A stretch of DNA of 64,000 bases from Rikenellaceae bacterium (GCA_031550125.1 JAVBOW010000018.1:25572-89571); one strand, 5' to 3'; shown: positions 40,010-51,561, counted from the stretch's first letter. Made by a program: numbers and translations. The notes: a model not told the origin generated them from the sequence alone.

Positions 40010-40543
40010 CTATTTCCTGAAGACGGAAAAGCAGACGCTGCCGTAACTTTTGAAAAACAAAAAACAGGGGTGGACCGAATAGTCTGCCCCTTTGGCGTGT
40101 TCGAACACCAGCATCCCTCCGTCGGCCAAGAGTCCGCGGCCGAAAACCAGTTCGATAACCTCTTCAGCCCCGGACAGGTCGTAAGGCGCGTCGGAAAAGA
40201 TGACGTCGAAAGTTTTGGAGCAACTCTTCAGGTAGAGGAAGACGTTGGCTTTTAACGGGCGTACATTGTCGAATCCCATGCCTACCGCCGTATCCTTTAT
40301 ATATTTATGGTGTACGGCGTTTATCTCTACCGAAGTCACGCTTTTGGCCCCGCGCGAAGCAAACTCGTAACTTATCGATCCCGTGCCGGAAAACAGATCC
40401 AACACGTCGATATCTTCGAAATCGACGTAATTCCCTAATACGTTGAAAATATTCTCCTTGGCGAAGTCTGTAGTAGGACGCGCCCTCAGGTTTCGCGGCG
40501 GGTTGAGTGCCCTGCCCTTATGGCTGCCACTGATAATGCGCAT
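40010..40543 (-). CDS. rsmD: 16S rRNA (guanine966-N2)-methyltransferase
   Basis: Starts MRIISG..KGR. Contains RPTTD, SAM motif DLFSGTGSISYE, and DAPY. Confidence 0.85.
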   Translation of the reverse strand: MRIISGSHKGRALNPPRNLRARPTTDFAKENIFNVLGNYVDFEDIDVLDLFSGTGSISYEFASRGAKSVTSVEINAVHHKYIKDTAVGMGFDNVRPLKANVFLYLKSCSKTFDVIFSDAPYDLSGAEEVIELVFGRGLLADGGMLVFEHAKGADYSVHPCFLFFKSYGSVCFSVFRK

Positions 40544-41237
40544 TGCCTATGACGCTCCTGTAATATTTCGACAGCAGTTTTATCACCGCATCGTCGCCGT
40601 GTCCCAGTACGAGGATAGTGGAATTTTGCAAATCGACTATCTTGCCCAAACGTTGTATGTAATACATTAGGTCCGCCGAAGTGGAGTAGGGGAAAGCCTC
40701 GGCGAAATTCAGTTTATCCTCTATAACCGTCAGGTAGGCCACCGAAGGCGTGAGGTTCAACTCTACGGTGCCGCGCTTGGGTCGGTATATGCTCTTCAGT
40801 ATGGGAGATGTGAAGGTGAGGCCAGGCCAGACGCTCCTGAGATATTCCACGGCAGGCCGCGGAGCCACCATAACGGCGCGTATGCCGAAAGCGGGCGAAA
40901 CCACCGTCATCTCATCCCTGCCGTACACCACTTTATTGGCCTTGAGGTAGTTCTCCTCCATGCCCTCCTCGAACATGGTGTTCGGGATAAGCACTATTCG
41001 GTTGGTATCTACCTCTATTTCCACCTTTGGGAAATTTTCCGGCAGAAGTTTATGCTCTTCTATCAGCCGGGATACGATATTTTCTACCGAAAAACCGGAT
41101 GCGAAATCGAAAAAGCCTTCCGGCGCGGCTTTCACGTCAAAAGGACAGGAAAAGGAAAGTCCATCCGCGGCTACGCGGATGGACAAAACCCTTTCTGCTA
41201 TTTTGCCTGCAAGTGTTTTATTCCCAGTTTCCTGCAT
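40518..41237 (-). CDS. DUF3822-like protein
   Basis: 239 aa, no signal peptide. Its position just upstream of and overlapping rsmD matches how I recall DUF3822 genes in Bacteroidetes. Function unknown. Confidence 0.55.
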   Translation of the reverse strand: MQETGNKTLAGKIAERVLSIRVAADGLSFSCPFDVKAAPEGFFDFASGFSVENIVSRLIEEHKLLPENFPKVEIEVDTNRIVLIPNTMFEEGMEENYLKANKVVYGRDEMTVVSPAFGIRAVMVAPRPAVEYLRSVWPGLTFTSPILKSIYRPKRGTVELNLTPSVAYLTVIEDKLNFAEAFPYSTSADLMYYIQRLGKIVDLQNSTILVLGHGDDAVIKLLSKYYRSVIGNAHYQWQP

Positions 41238-41838
41238 CGTTGGTAGCTTGATCCAGCGCGCCTACTTTGAGGCCCGGATATTTATGCAACGTCTTTTTAT
41301 GTATATCTATCAGGTTAATGAGTTCCTGTTCGTCGAGGTCGCCAAGGAAATCTTTGAAAGGCGCCTTGCATTCGAACACAGGCACAACGATCTCTGATTC
41401 GGTTTTGAAGAATCCTGCATCCATGATGAACTTTTTGCCGTCGCCGTAAGGAATAAGAGGCAACTCTTTGATCTGTTCAACCGTTAGCTTTTTGGATCCG
41501 AACACAGTGTCCGCCGCCATTTTGTAGAATTCTTCGGTCTTTACCTGTCCTTTAGCCACAGCCACAGAGTCGTCGGCCGAACCTATCGATTTCCGGAATA
41601 CCAGCGAGTCGTTGAGTATGAAATTGATAAGTACGTCGAAACTGGGCGTGTATTGCAGGTATTTTTGTTTGTAGGCGCGTTGGGCCAAACGTATATTGTA
41701 CAGGCGCTCAATAACGGCCTCTTCACGTTTCTTCTGCTCCTTCTGGAAATGCATAGGGGTCATGATCTGTTGAAGCAGAACATAAACAAGCAGCGCTATG
41801 ACAACCAGGAGCGCGATCTGGATTACTTTTTTTACCAT
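41218..41838 (-). CDS. Hypothetical N-terminally membrane-anchored protein
   Basis: N-terminal TM anchor (IQIALLVVIALLVYVLLQQI) followed by about 170 soluble residues. Overlaps the DUF3822-like gene by 20 nt. Confidence 0.5.
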   Translation of the reverse strand: MVKKVIQIALLVVIALLVYVLLQQIMTPMHFQKEQKKREEAVIERLYNIRLAQRAYKQKYLQYTPSFDVLINFILNDSLVFRKSIGSADDSVAVAKGQVKTEEFYKMAADTVFGSKKLTVEQIKELPLIPYGDGKKFIMDAGFFKTESEIVVPVFECKAPFKDFLGDLDEQELINLIDIHKKTLHKYPGLKVGALDQATNDAGNWE

Positions 41839-41878
41839 GTTATTTTTATTTAAATTTGTAGCGAAATCAGGCTTTCGT

Positions 41879-43321
41879 ATGATAGAGAAACATATCGCGT
41901 CCCAAATTTACACTAATTTTGGTTTTGAACCAACTTTTGGGCAAAAAAAAATCATCGAACAACTTGCCGGGTTTATCGCCGAGGCGGGGACGGAGAGGAT
42001 TTTTATTCTCGACGGACACGCGGGGACGGGCAAGACCACCCTTCTTGGGGCGTTCGTAAAAACGATCAAGCAACTGAATATAAAACCAGTGCTGCTTGCG
42101 CCCACCGGCCGTGCGGCCAAAGTGCTATCGCAGCTTACGGGCGAAAAGGCGGCCACCATACATAAGAAGATCTACCGGCAAAAATCCACCGCCGACCCGC
42201 AATCGCACTTTTCGATAGACCGCAATCCCGAAAAAGACGCCTGTTTCATAGTTGACGAGGCGTCGATGATAGCCGATTCGTCATTCGACGGCGCATTGTT
42301 CGGATCGGGCAACCTGCTCGACGACCTTGTCGGTTATATACGCGGCGGCGTCCGTTGCCGCCTTATATTCGTGGGAGACAGCGCTCAGCTTCCTCCTGTG
42401 GGCCACGATCGCAGCCCGGCCCTCGACGCGCGCAGAATGTCTGTCTACGGCCTCGTGACCTGCGTCCAGCTCGATGAGGTGGTGCGCCAACAGGCCGATT
42501 CGGGTATCCTCTTCAACGCCACCCTTGTGCGTTCCATGCTCGAGGCGCGCATATACGAGCCGCCACTGTTGCGCACGGAAGGATTCTGCGACGTGAAGGC
42601 TATAAACGGCAACAGCCTGATAGAAGAGATAGAGAACAGCTACGCACGTTACGGCCGCGACGAGGTGATAATAATCACCCGCTCGAATAAACGCGCCAAC
42701 CGCTTCAATGAAGGAGTAAGGCGCAGCGTCCTTTACGCCGAAGGGGAGATAGAATCGGGCGACATGCTGATGGTGGTGAAGAACAACTATCATTATACCG
42801 ATCAGGGGGAAGATTCGCGCATGGATTTCATCGCCAACGGCGATATAGCCCGCCTGCGGCGTCTTAGGCGTTTCGAAGATCTGTACGGTTTCCGTTTCGC
42901 CGAGGCTACGCTGGTTTTCCCCGACTATGACAACTATGAGACGGAGTGCAAGATACTGCTCGATACCCTGGCCTCCGAATCGCCCGCCCTTACCAAAGAA
43001 CAGAATATGCTGCTGTTCCAGAACATAAACGGCGATTACGCCGACATATCGAGCAAAGCAAAACGCTACAAAGAGGTCCGCGAAAACGACCACTACAACG
43101 CCGTGCAGGTGAAATTCGCCTATGCCGTAACATGCCATAAGGCGCAGGGAGGACAGTGGAAGGCGGTGTTCGTGGATCGCATGCTCTTCGGTGAGGAGCC
43201 TATGACGCGCGACATGCTTCGGTGGCTCTACACCGCCCTGACGCGGGCCACGGAAAAACTCTTCCTCGTCAACTTCGACGGAAAGTTCTTCGAGGAAGGC
43301 AGCGGCCCGGAGGAGATGTGA
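41879..43321 (+). CDS. RecD-like superfamily 1 DNA helicase
   Basis: The ATG at 41879 gives MIEKHIASQIY. Walker A GHAGTGKTT, Walker B DEASMI, and C-terminal AVTCHKAQGGQW (UvrD-C-like). Confidence 0.8.
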   Translation: MIEKHIASQIYTNFGFEPTFGQKKIIEQLAGFIAEAGTERIFILDGHAGTGKTTLLGAFVKTIKQLNIKPVLLAPTGRAAKVLSQLTGEKAATIHKKIYRQKSTADPQSHFSIDRNPEKDACFIVDEASMIADSSFDGALFGSGNLLDDLVGYIRGGVRCRLIFVGDSAQLPPVGHDRSPALDARRMSVYGLVTCVQLDEVVRQQADSGILFNATLVRSMLEARIYEPPLLRTEGFCDVKAINGNSLIEEIENSYARYGRDEVIIITRSNKRANRFNEGVRRSVLYAEGEIESGDMLMVVKNNYHYTDQGEDSRMDFIANGDIARLRRLRRFEDLYGFRFAEATLVFPDYDNYETECKILLDTLASESPALTKEQNMLLFQNINGDYADISSKAKRYKEVRENDHYNAVQVKFAYAVTCHKAQGGQWKAVFVDRMLFGEEPMTRDMLRWLYTALTRATEKLFLVNFDGKFFEEGSGPEEM

Positions 43322-43383
43322 AAAGGCAGGTATATACAAACGGCGGCATTCGAATGTACGAATGCCGCCGTTTTTTTTGCGTC

Positions 43384-44079
43384 TTACCTGGCCGGACCCT
43401 CCAGCGCACGCGCCACGGCGCCGAGCGCTATCTTCTCCATAACCAGATAGGCCTCGGCGTTGGGATGCACGCCGTCGTCGCCGTAGCCTTTCCGCAATGC
43501 GCCGTTTTCGTCGCGCAGGGCGCCGTTGAAATCTGCGTAGACCGCGCCCTGTTCCCGGGCTAACGATTTCAGCCGTTCGTTAAGGGCGTCTATCTTTGCC
43601 GCGGCGTCCTTCACGGCAGGATTCCATCCGAAAGCCGCCGCCGGCAGCACGGAGCATACCACCACGCATATGCCGTCTGAGTTGGCCAACTGCACCATCG
43701 AGGCTATGTTGCCCATAGTGAAATCGGGGTCGTATGGTCCGGCGTTCTCGGCAATGTCGTTCGTGCCGGCGCATATCACCGCCACCTTAGGCCTCAGTTC
43801 CAAGATATCGCTGCGGAAGCGCAACAACATCTGAGGCGAAGTTTGCCCGCCTATGCCGCGGCCAACGAAATTGTTGTCCGCGAAGAATCCGGGATGCACA
43901 CGCACCCACCCTTCGAAGATGGAATTGCCCATAAACGCCGCTACGGGGCTTTTGCCCGAGGCGGCCCACTCCCGGTTGGATGCGGCGTATCTCCCGAGGT
44001 CGACCATTTGGTTTAATTTCTGGGCATGGCCCAAAGTGCAAATCCCGGCCATAGCGACAAGCGCCGCGAACTTTTTCAT
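43384..44079 (-). CDS. SGNH/GDSL-family hydrolase, secreted
   Basis: Has a signal peptide. Block I FMGNSI, block III GTND, block V DGVHP. Confidence 0.75.
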   Translation of the reverse strand: MKKFAALVAMAGICTLGHAQKLNQMVDLGRYAASNREWAASGKSPVAAFMGNSIFEGWVRVHPGFFADNNFVGRGIGGQTSPQMLLRFRSDILELRPKVAVICAGTNDIAENAGPYDPDFTMGNIASMVQLANSDGICVVVCSVLPAAAFGWNPAVKDAAAKIDALNERLKSLAREQGAVYADFNGALRDENGALRKGYGDDGVHPNAEAYLVMEKIALGAVARALEGPAR

Positions 44080-44083
44080 TTCG

Positions 44084-44596
44084 TCAAAATCGCTTTATAT
44101 AACGATGGCAATCAGGCTGTTCGTTGTTCTTATTGAAATAGTCCTGATGATACTCCTCGGCCCTCCAAAATTCGGATGCGGGAGTGACTTTCGTGACCAC
44201 GTCGTAACCCTTTTTCTGTAAGGTCTCTATCAACATCAGGGCCACCTGCCGCTGTTTAGGCGTGGTGTAGAATATTTCTGAGCGATATTGGTCGCCTATA
44301 TCGGTGGCCTGGCCCCCAGTCTGGGTGGGATCGTGTATCTCGAAGAAGAGCTTGGCCAGTATCTCGAAATTCACTTTAGCCGGATCGAAAAATATCCTCA
44401 CCGCCTCGGCGTGGCCGGTGGAGTGGGCTTTCACCTCTTCGTAAGTGGGGTTTTCGGTGTGGCCGCCGGTATATCCCGCCTCTACGGCTACCACCCCCGG
44501 CCAGTATTTCATCATCAGGTTCTCGACGCCCCAGAAACAGCCTCCTGCGAAGATGGCCGTTTCGAGCGAGGGATCGTTCTCGTAACCGCTGTGCAT
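44084..44596 (-). CDS. msrA: Peptide-methionine (S)-S-oxide reductase
   Basis: Contains the GGCFWG active-site motif. 170 aa. Confidence 0.92.
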   Translation of the reverse strand: MHSGYENDPSLETAIFAGGCFWGVENLMMKYWPGVVAVEAGYTGGHTENPTYEEVKAHSTGHAEAVRIFFDPAKVNFEILAKLFFEIHDPTQTGGQATDIGDQYRSEIFYTTPKQRQVALMLIETLQKKGYDVVTKVTPASEFWRAEEYHQDYFNKNNEQPDCHRYIKRF

Positions 44597-44605
44597 ATAT
44601 ATCGT

Positions 44606-45385
44606 CTATTTTTTTGTGTTCGCCGGGCGCGCATAGCCGTCCGCAGTGGCGCGGTCTGCCATCTTTTTGGTACGCGAAGCGATATCGGGGTGTGTCGAGA
44701 AGAGCTGCTGCATAGCATCGCTCTTCGCGGCCGCACTACCCTCCAAGGCCTGCAACTTTTCGAACGACAGGGCCATCGCCCAGGGATTGATGCCGTTCTT
44801 TTTGAGGAATTCATAGCCGTAGCTGTCGGCTGCATACTCCTGCTTCTGGGAATAGCGGGCGCTCATATAGGCCTCGCCTATGTCGCCCAGCTGCGAGGCG
44901 CTCAGGACGGCTATCGTCCCGCCCGTGGAGGTCAGCGCGTCGCGCGCGGCCGAGGTCAGCAGGGCGTTCTTGAAGGCGTCCTTGGTGTCTTTGTTCTTGA
45001 CGTGGCCTATTTCATGGCCTATAACCCCGAGTACCTCTTCGTCCGTCATTATGTCCATAAGGCCCGAATATACCCTCACGCTGCCGTCGGAGCAGGCGAA
45101 GGCGTTAACGTCCTTGGTTTTGTAAACCTTTATGTTTATACCTTCCTTGCCGTTGATCTTCGAGGCTATGCGGTTCATGCGTACGGCGTATGGATCGTTG
45201 CCGACGGCGATGGCGTTCTTCTTGTCGTTTTCGACGATGAACTGGGTGGTGTAGGCGTCTATCTGCTCGTCGGTAAGGGTTACGGCCTGCACCAGTTTGC
45301 CTGTGGCCGAGGTTACCATATCCATATTGAGCGTAGAACAAGAGAGCGCCGCAAAGGCGACGGGAATGACGATAAGTTTTTTCAT
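44606..45385 (-). CDS. M48-family zinc metallopeptidase, lipoprotein
   Basis: Lipobox ALSC and the HEIGH zinc motif. ATGA overlap with the mutS stop. Confidence 0.8.
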   Translation of the reverse strand: MKKLIVIPVAFAALSCSTLNMDMVTSATGKLVQAVTLTDEQIDAYTTQFIVENDKKNAIAVGNDPYAVRMNRIASKINGKEGINIKVYKTKDVNAFACSDGSVRVYSGLMDIMTDEEVLGVIGHEIGHVKNKDTKDAFKNALLTSAARDALTSTGGTIAVLSASQLGDIGEAYMSARYSQKQEYAADSYGYEFLKKNGINPWAMALSFEKLQALEGSAAAKSDAMQQLFSTHPDIASRTKKMADRATADGYARPANTKK

Positions 45386-48030
45386 AGACCTGTTATTTTT
45401 TTTATTTCGTTGAGTTTATTCAGAGCCTCGATAGGCGTGAGCGAATTTATGTCGAGCGAGCGTATCCTGTCGCGTATCTCCTTCAATACAGGATCGTCCA
45501 ACTGGAACATGCTTAGCTGTATGGCTGGCGAGGGTGGGGCGGCCTTGCCTTTTTTACCTGTGGCGGGTTGCTTTTCCGTTTGTGTGCCGAGCGTACTCTC
45601 ACCCCTGGATTGCTCCAGCGCCGACAGTATCTCTCCGGCCCGCTCCACTATGCGTCCGGGCATGCCGGCCATCTGCGCAACGTGTATACCGAAAGAGTGG
45701 GCCACGCCTCCGGGAAGCAGTTTACGCAGGAATATTATGTTGCGTCCGTCCTCGCGCACCGAAACGTTGTAGTTTTTCACCCTGGGGCATATCTCCTCCA
45801 TCTCGTTGAGTTCATGGTAGTGGGTGGCGAAGTGGGTTTTGGCGCGGGCGCCCGAGGGGTGGTTGTGGATATATTCCACCATGGCCCATGCTATCGATAT
45901 GCCGTCATAGGTACTCGTGCCGCGGCCTATCTCGTCGAGCAGAATCAGGCTGCGGTCGGAAATGTTGTTAAGTATGCTGGCCGACTCGGTCATCTCCACC
46001 ATGAACGTCGACTCCCCCTCGGAGATGTTGTCCGATGCTCCCACGCGGGTAAATATCTTATCGACAAGGCCTATGCGCGCCGATTGCGCGGGGACGAAAC
46101 TGCCCATCTGCGCCATCAGCACTATCAGCGCCGTCTGGCGCAACAATGCCGATTTACCCGACATGTTCGGACCCGTGATCATTATTATTTGCTGTCCGTC
46201 GCCGTCCAGGAGCAGGTCATTGGGAATATATTTTTCACCCACCGGCAGCATTGCTTCTATTACCGGGTGGCGTCCCTGCTTTATGTCTATCGATTTGCTT
46301 TCGTCCAGCTCGGGGCGGCAGTAGCTCCTCTCCACGGCCAACGTGGCGAAAGATAGCAGGCAGTCGACGCGCGCCACGGCGGCGGCGTTACGTTGCAGTT
46401 GGGGCAGGAACCCGGCCATGCAGGCCATAAGCTCGGCCCAAACGCGCTGTTCTATGGACAAAATACGCTGCTCGGCACCCAGTATCTTCTCTTCGTATTC
46501 TTTCAGCTCGGCGGTTATGTAACGCTCGGCCCCGGTGAGGGTCTGCTTGCGTATCCAGCCTTCAGGCACTTTGTCCCTGTGGGTATTGCGTACCTCTATA
46601 TAATAGCCGAAGACGTTATTGAAACTGACCTTTAGCGATGGTATGCCCGTCGCGGCGCTTTCGCGCTGCTGTATCTCGTTTATCACATCCTTGCCGCGCA
46701 TGGCCAGCCGGCGCAGGTCATCGAGTTCCATGTCCACCCCGTCGGCTATCACGCCGCCTTTCAATATCTGGTTGGAAGGATCGGGATAGACCTCCCGGGC
46801 GATCCTCCCGCACATCTCCCTGCAGGGGTCGAGGACGGCGGCTATGGCGGCGAGATTGTTTTCCCCAGAGGTATCGAACGCGGCCTTGAGCGCCTCCGTC
46901 GCTTCAAGCGCGCTGCGCAGGTGAACCACTTCGCGAGGCGTTATTCGGCCCGTGGCTATCCGCGAGGCTATGCGCTCCATATCTCCTATCCCGGACACAA
47001 GCCCTGAAATATTTTCGCGCAGGGCTTCGTCGTCCTTAAAGCGTTGCACCACGTCGAGGCGGGCGTTTATCCGCCCCACGTCTTTTATCGGCATGGCTAT
47101 CCAGCGACGCAGAAGCCTGCCGCCCATAGGGGTGGCGGTACGGTCTACGGCATGGAAGAAACCTCCGCTCAGGCGTTGCGAATTGGATTGGAACAGTTCC
47201 AGGTTGCGTATGGTGAAACGGTCTATCCACACGTAATCGCCCTCGTCTATTCGCGATATGGACGATATGTGCGAAACATTGCGGTGTTCGGTGAATTCGA
47301 GGTAGTACAATATGGCGCCGGCAGCGCTTATCGCGCCATCCATGCCGTCGATGCCGAAACCCTTGAGCGAGGCCGAGCCGAATTGTCTGCACAGTTTCTC
47401 CCGGTTTATGTCCGCAGAGAACACCCATTCGTCGAGGCGGTAGGTGTAATGCGACGTACCGAATAGGTTGCGGAAATGGTCGTCGCGCCCTCGCTGGTAT
47501 ATTATCTCTTTGGGCGCGAGGCTCGACAGCAGTTTGTCGATGTAGGCGTCGCTCCCTTCTGCGGCGTAGAATTCCCCTGTGGAAAGGTCGAGGAAAGCCG
47601 CTCCGGTGGAGTGCTTACCGAAGAATACCGCCGCAAGGAAAGTATTGGCTTTGGGTTGCAGGACATTATCGTTTAACGCTATGCCGGGGGTGACGAGTTC
47701 TATGACCCCGCGTTTGACTATCCCTTTGGCTGTTTTGGGATCTTCCAGCTGCTCGCATATCGCCACGCGCTCGCCCGCCCTGACGAGCTTGGGCAGGTAA
47801 GTTTCCAGTGCATGGTACGGGAAGCCGGCCAGCTCTACGAACGACGCCGCGCCGTTGGCCCTGCGCGTAAGGGTTATACCCAATATCGAGCTGGCCTTTA
47901 TGGCGTCCTGGCCGAAAGTTTCGTAAAAATCACCCACGCGGAAGAGCAGTACGGCATCGCCGTACACAGCCTTGATGTCGTAATATTGCTTCATCAAGGG
48001 AGTCTTCACATATTTTGCGCTTTCGCTCAT
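45382..48030 (-). CDS. mutS: DNA mismatch repair protein MutS
   Basis: 882 aa. N-terminal TPLMKQY, Walker A GPNMSGKS, and [12 protein letters not shown]. Confidence 0.95.
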   Translation of the reverse strand: MSESAKYVKTPLMKQYYDIKAVYGDAVLLFRVGDFYETFGQDAIKASSILGITLTRRANGAASFVELAGFPYHALETYLPKLVRAGERVAICEQLEDPKTAKGIVKRGVIELVTPGIALNDNVLQPKANTFLAAVFFGKHSTGAAFLDLSTGEFYAAEGSDAYIDKLLSSLAPKEIIYQRGRDDHFRNLFGTSHYTYRLDEWVFSADINREKLCRQFGSASLKGFGIDGMDGAISAAGAILYYLEFTEHRNVSHISSISRIDEGDYVWIDRFTIRNLELFQSNSQRLSGGFFHAVDRTATPMGGRLLRRWIAMPIKDVGRINARLDVVQRFKDDEALRENISGLVSGIGDMERIASRIATGRITPREVVHLRSALEATEALKAAFDTSGENNLAAIAAVLDPCREMCGRIAREVYPDPSNQILKGGVIADGVDMELDDLRRLAMRGKDVINEIQQRESAATGIPSLKVSFNNVFGYYIEVRNTHRDKVPEGWIRKQTLTGAERYITAELKEYEEKILGAEQRILSIEQRVWAELMACMAGFLPQLQRNAAAVARVDCLLSFATLAVERSYCRPELDESKSIDIKQGRHPVIEAMLPVGEKYIPNDLLLDGDGQQIIMITGPNMSGKSALLRQTALIVLMAQMGSFVPAQSARIGLVDKIFTRVGASDNISEGESTFMVEMTESASILNNISDRSLILLDEIGRGTSTYDGISIAWAMVEYIHNHPSGARAKTHFATHYHELNEMEEICPRVKNYNVSVREDGRNIIFLRKLLPGGVAHSFGIHVAQMAGMPGRIVERAGEILSALEQSRGESTLGTQTEKQPATGKKGKAAPPSPAIQLSMFQLDDPVLKEIRDRIRSLDINSLTPIEALNKLNEIKKITGL

Positions 48031-48090
48031 GGGTGTGTTTTTGCGTCACGCAAAGATATGTAAGATTTCGGAATTTTAAAGCCGCCGGGG

Positions 48091-49254
48091 TCATTGCCTC
48101 GCCCAGCTGCTGCCGAACACGAGATAATAGGTAAATCCCTCGCGCCCCATCGCCAGATCCACCCCCACGCGCAGTTTTAATTTGCGCGCCAGCAGGTAGC
48201 GGAAGCCCGTGCCATAGCTGTAGGCCCATTCCGCCGATGCGAATTCCGAATAATCGTCGAATCCTTTGCCTATCCCGCCGTAAAGCAGCACGCTCCATCG
48301 TTTATAGCAATCCCAGCGCTCCTCCAGCTCCATCAGTACGGTGGAATTGCCCTGGTAGCGCTCGGCGGGAACGCCGCGCATATCCACGAAAGGCTTCAGG
48401 TAGAAAGGCGCCGTACCGAGTACCTGCTGCACGTCGAGGCGCGCGCCCGTGACGAATTGCCCGTCGCCGCCATACTGGGTAAACCAGTATACGGCGCCCT
48501 CCAGATTGCCGTAACGGTAGTCGCTGCCTATGACAGGATCGCTCCACCGGCCGTGGATATATGTCTTGACGCCATGATTGGGCGTGAACGTATTGTCGCG
48601 CGTGTCGAAATTCAGCTGCAGCCCGAGATTTGACACATGGCTGTCCATCTCCTTGCCGGTCACGAACGCCGGCAGGTCGCCGCCGCCGTTGAGTTTCAGT
48701 TTGGAGTACATGAAAAGATAATCCATTCCTATTTCAAAGCGTGGGTCGGACATGATCTTGCCCAGATAGCCGTAAATGGGAATGGCCTTGTTGTTGAACG
48801 ACACGCGCACCTCGCCCGTTTCGGGAAAAGTGTGGTAAAAATCCATATTGACATTGGCGTATGCCGCGCCTATCTTGTAACGTACCATCCACTTGCGTAT
48901 TATCCCGAAACGACCGCCCCCCACCATCCATGTGTCGTTGAGGGTATAGGCGGCACCGCCGGCGGTTAATGTCGGCATTATGGGGTAGACCTTGCCGTGC
49001 GCCTGTACGGGCTTTTCGGGCGATATGAATATGGCCGAAAGTCCTCCGCCGAAGCCGCCTACGGCAGGCTCGGTGATGATCATGGGAAATGGGACGAATC
49101 CTTTTTTCGTGATCAGCCAGTCGCTCATGTCGAAAGCATGGTCGAGCGAGTCGCGGAAACCGACATGCGGCTTATCTGGATTGCCGGCATACGCAGCGAA
49201 GGAAAGGCAAAACGTCGCTGCTGCAAAGATAAAAATTGATATGCTGCGATTCAT
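48091..49254 (-). CDS. Outer-membrane beta-barrel protein, Omp85/surface-antigen-like barrel without POTRA domains
   Basis: The ATG at 49254 gives the signal peptide MNRSISIFIFAAATFCLSFAAYA; an upstream ATG at 49281 is also possible. Glycine/aromatic-rich strands and the C-terminal YYLVFGSSW are typical of barrel closure. Confidence 0.5.
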   Translation of the reverse strand: MNRSISIFIFAAATFCLSFAAYAGNPDKPHVGFRDSLDHAFDMSDWLITKKGFVPFPMIITEPAVGGFGGGLSAIFISPEKPVQAHGKVYPIMPTLTAGGAAYTLNDTWMVGGGRFGIIRKWMVRYKIGAAYANVNMDFYHTFPETGEVRVSFNNKAIPIYGYLGKIMSDPRFEIGMDYLFMYSKLKLNGGGDLPAFVTGKEMDSHVSNLGLQLNFDTRDNTFTPNHGVKTYIHGRWSDPVIGSDYRYGNLEGAVYWFTQYGGDGQFVTGARLDVQQVLGTAPFYLKPFVDMRGVPAERYQGNSTVLMELEERWDCYKRWSVLLYGGIGKGFDDYSEFASAEWAYSYGTGFRYLLARKLKLRVGVDLAMGREGFTYYLVFGSSWARQ

Positions 49255-49369
49255 ATACAGGATGTTTGATGTTTCGCACATCCATGCATTTACTATGCCA
49301 GAAGGTTGACGTAAAACACAGGGCGGGATCTTTGATGATCCCGCCCTGTATTCTTGGCCGGCAATGCCG

Positions 49370-49942
49370 TCACTCCTCTTTTTCCTTCCTGCCGAGCTTC
49401 CTCAGGCTGAAAGCGAGCGTTGTGCGGTAAATACCTATCAGCATGAACGAAAATGCCGTCATGTAAATCGCCAGAGCCGCGCCCGCGATCGGACGCCATA
49501 TTATCATCACGGAGCAAATCACGGCAAGTATGCCCAGCAACAGATACCATCCCCATCCCTTCATTCCCATGTCGTGGAAATCAATGGAGAAACCGATTAC
49601 GGACAATCCTCTGAACAGGAGCCAGAGGGCTATTACGAACGGGATGACCAGGGCCACCAGCCCGGGATGGAACATGAGGTAAAAGCCAAGCAGCACGTCG
49701 ACGATACCCAGCACCAGATACCATCCCCAGCCGCCCGACCGCGTGTTGGAAAGCGAGAAAAATATCTCAAAAATACCGCTGACGAACATAAAGACGCTGA
49801 ACATCACGATAAGCGTCTCGAATGTGACGACCGGATAGATGAGCATGTACACACCCGCAAGGATGAACATCAGGCCCAGTACCAGCGACACCCACCAATT
49901 CCTTACTGCAAACTGTACCGACTCTTTCAATGGATTTTTCAT
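49370..49942 (-). CDS. HdeD/DUF308-family membrane protein
   Basis: The track start at 49990 is a TTG; the ATG is at 49942. Six helices carrying the repeated GWGWYL(L/V)LGI motif. Confidence 0.7.
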   Translation of the reverse strand: MKNPLKESVQFAVRNWWVSLVLGLMFILAGVYMLIYPVVTFETLIVMFSVFMFVSGIFEIFFSLSNTRSGGWGWYLVLGIVDVLLGFYLMFHPGLVALVIPFVIALWLLFRGLSVIGFSIDFHDMGMKGWGWYLLLGILAVICSVMIIWRPIAGAALAIYMTAFSFMLIGIYRTTLAFSLRKLGRKEKEE

Positions 49943-50007
49943 AAACGTTGGTTTTATGGTTTCCAGATATCGATTGCAAAAATGATACAAAAGATGCAGC
50001 CGCGGGG

Positions 50008-51483
50008 TTAACGGCCTTTTATTTTCGCGAGCATATTCGCCGCCATGCCTTTAAGGTCGTATTCGCCTGTAAGTTGCAGATAGGCCGCGGCCACAATGGC
50101 CGCAACCGCCGATTTTATGCCGAACGACGCCGCGTTACCCCAGAAAGTATCGCACAGGACCCTGGAGGCTATGGAGACGGGGAACAGCACTGCCGCCATG
50201 ACGGCGCTGAGTATCAGCGAAGGTAATACATGCCGCAGGAAACTCCACAGTCCCACGCCGAAAAGTGTCCGGTACATAATGGCGAAACACTGCAGGAAGT
50301 TTACCGCAAAAGCCGCGAGCAGCATGGCCGCCACAGCCTCGGTGCTGTGGAAAACCGTCAACCCCGCAAGTATGGCCGCAGCTATGGCCACCGTGGAGAG
50401 TATGCCTGAGAGGAGCATCAGGTGGGTGGAGTTGCACGACTGGAAGATCGATCCGGAGGTTGCCAATAAAATTTGGAATCCCACAGAAAGCGCCAACATG
50501 CCGAATGCAGGCACTGCGGGCCCCCATTGGCTGCCGAAGATGGTGAATATCAATTCATGCCCTGTAAAATACAGCAACACCGACAGGGGGAAGCCTATGA
50601 ACGACAGCAGGCGTACGACCTTCGAATAGGCCTCGCGCATCTTGTCGCGGTTGTGTTGCATATCCGAAAATACGGGATGCATTACCGGCGTTATGATGAA
50701 TGGTATGGTTTGCATTGGCATTTGCATCAGCCTGTACGACTTGTCATAATATCCCAGTTGCTCCGTCCCGAGGAACTTGTTCATCAACAGCTTGTCCAGG
50801 TTTACCGTAAAATAGTTGAAGATATTGAAAAGGAATTGGTAGGATGAGAAGTTGCGTATCTTGCGCAACGCCTCGCCCTCGATCCGGAAACTGAACTTAA
50901 CCGGCGATTTACGGTAGCTTATTATAAACATGCAAACGCTCGACATTACCGACAACAGAGCCAGCGCGTATATCCCCGCCCCGAGGAACGCCGCGACAAT
51001 GGCGACGGCCCCGGCAACCAGTTGCACGATCACCGTACGCCAGGCCAGGTAACCGAACATTTTCGCCTTATACAGGAGCGCATTGGGAACCACCGCGGCG
51101 CACGAGAAAAAAAGCGTGGCGGTAAGCATCTGGCACAACAACACGTAAACCTCGTTGCCGTTGATGCGAGCCACCGTCCACGAACCCGAGAACATTATTG
51201 CGGAAAGGACGGCGCCCACTATGAGCGTAAACGAGAATATGGACTCTATGTTTTTGTCGGACAGCTCTTTGTTCTGTATTATGGCCGGGCTTATACCCAC
51301 GTCGCCCAACATCGAGAAGAAAGCCACGATTACCGTTATAGGCACCAGTATGCCGTATTCTTCCGGGGTGAGCAGCCTCGACAGCACGCCGGAGATAAGC
51401 AGCGTCATAAGCACGCCGGCCAACCTGGCCGCGGCGGTGTACAGCACGCCGGTGGCGAGTTGTTTCTTTACGTGTGTCTCCAT
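50008..51483 (-). CDS. Polysaccharide flippase (Wzx-like, MOP superfamily)
   Basis: 491 aa, about 12-14 TM helices. N-terminal GVLYTAAARLAGVLMTLLISGVLSRLLTPEEYG is typical of Wzx/polysaccharide biosynthesis proteins. Confidence 0.75.
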   Translation of the reverse strand: METHVKKQLATGVLYTAAARLAGVLMTLLISGVLSRLLTPEEYGILVPITVIVAFFSMLGDVGISPAIIQNKELSDKNIESIFSFTLIVGAVLSAIMFSGSWTVARINGNEVYVLLCQMLTATLFFSCAAVVPNALLYKAKMFGYLAWRTVIVQLVAGAVAIVAAFLGAGIYALALLSVMSSVCMFIISYRKSPVKFSFRIEGEALRKIRNFSSYQFLFNIFNYFTVNLDKLLMNKFLGTEQLGYYDKSYRLMQMPMQTIPFIITPVMHPVFSDMQHNRDKMREAYSKVVRLLSFIGFPLSVLLYFTGHELIFTIFGSQWGPAVPAFGMLALSVGFQILLATSGSIFQSCNSTHLMLLSGILSTVAIAAAILAGLTVFHSTEAVAAMLLAAFAVNFLQCFAIMYRTLFGVGLWSFLRHVLPSLILSAVMAAVLFPVSIASRVLCDTFWGNAASFGIKSAVAAIVAAAYLQLTGEYDLKGMAANMLAKIKGR

Positions 51484-51530
51484 TCAACGAGTGATTTGCA
51501 CGCAAATGTAGTATTTTTCAGGGAATGGAT

Positions 51531-51561
51531 AAAAAAAAGGGATCCGGATATCCCGGATCCC
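51531..51561 (-). terminator. Intrinsic terminator (minus strand) downstream of the rubrerythrin-like gene
   Basis: The minus strand reads GGGATCCGG-GATAT-CCGGATCCC followed by TTTTTTTT (51538-51531). Confidence 0.7.

Noticed and set aside
41879-43321. The RecD-like helicase as part of a defence or conjugation module.
   Set aside because: It stands alone, with no nuclease, methylase, relaxase or ATPase partner. Its neighbours are rsmD-associated core genes and an SGNH hydrolase.
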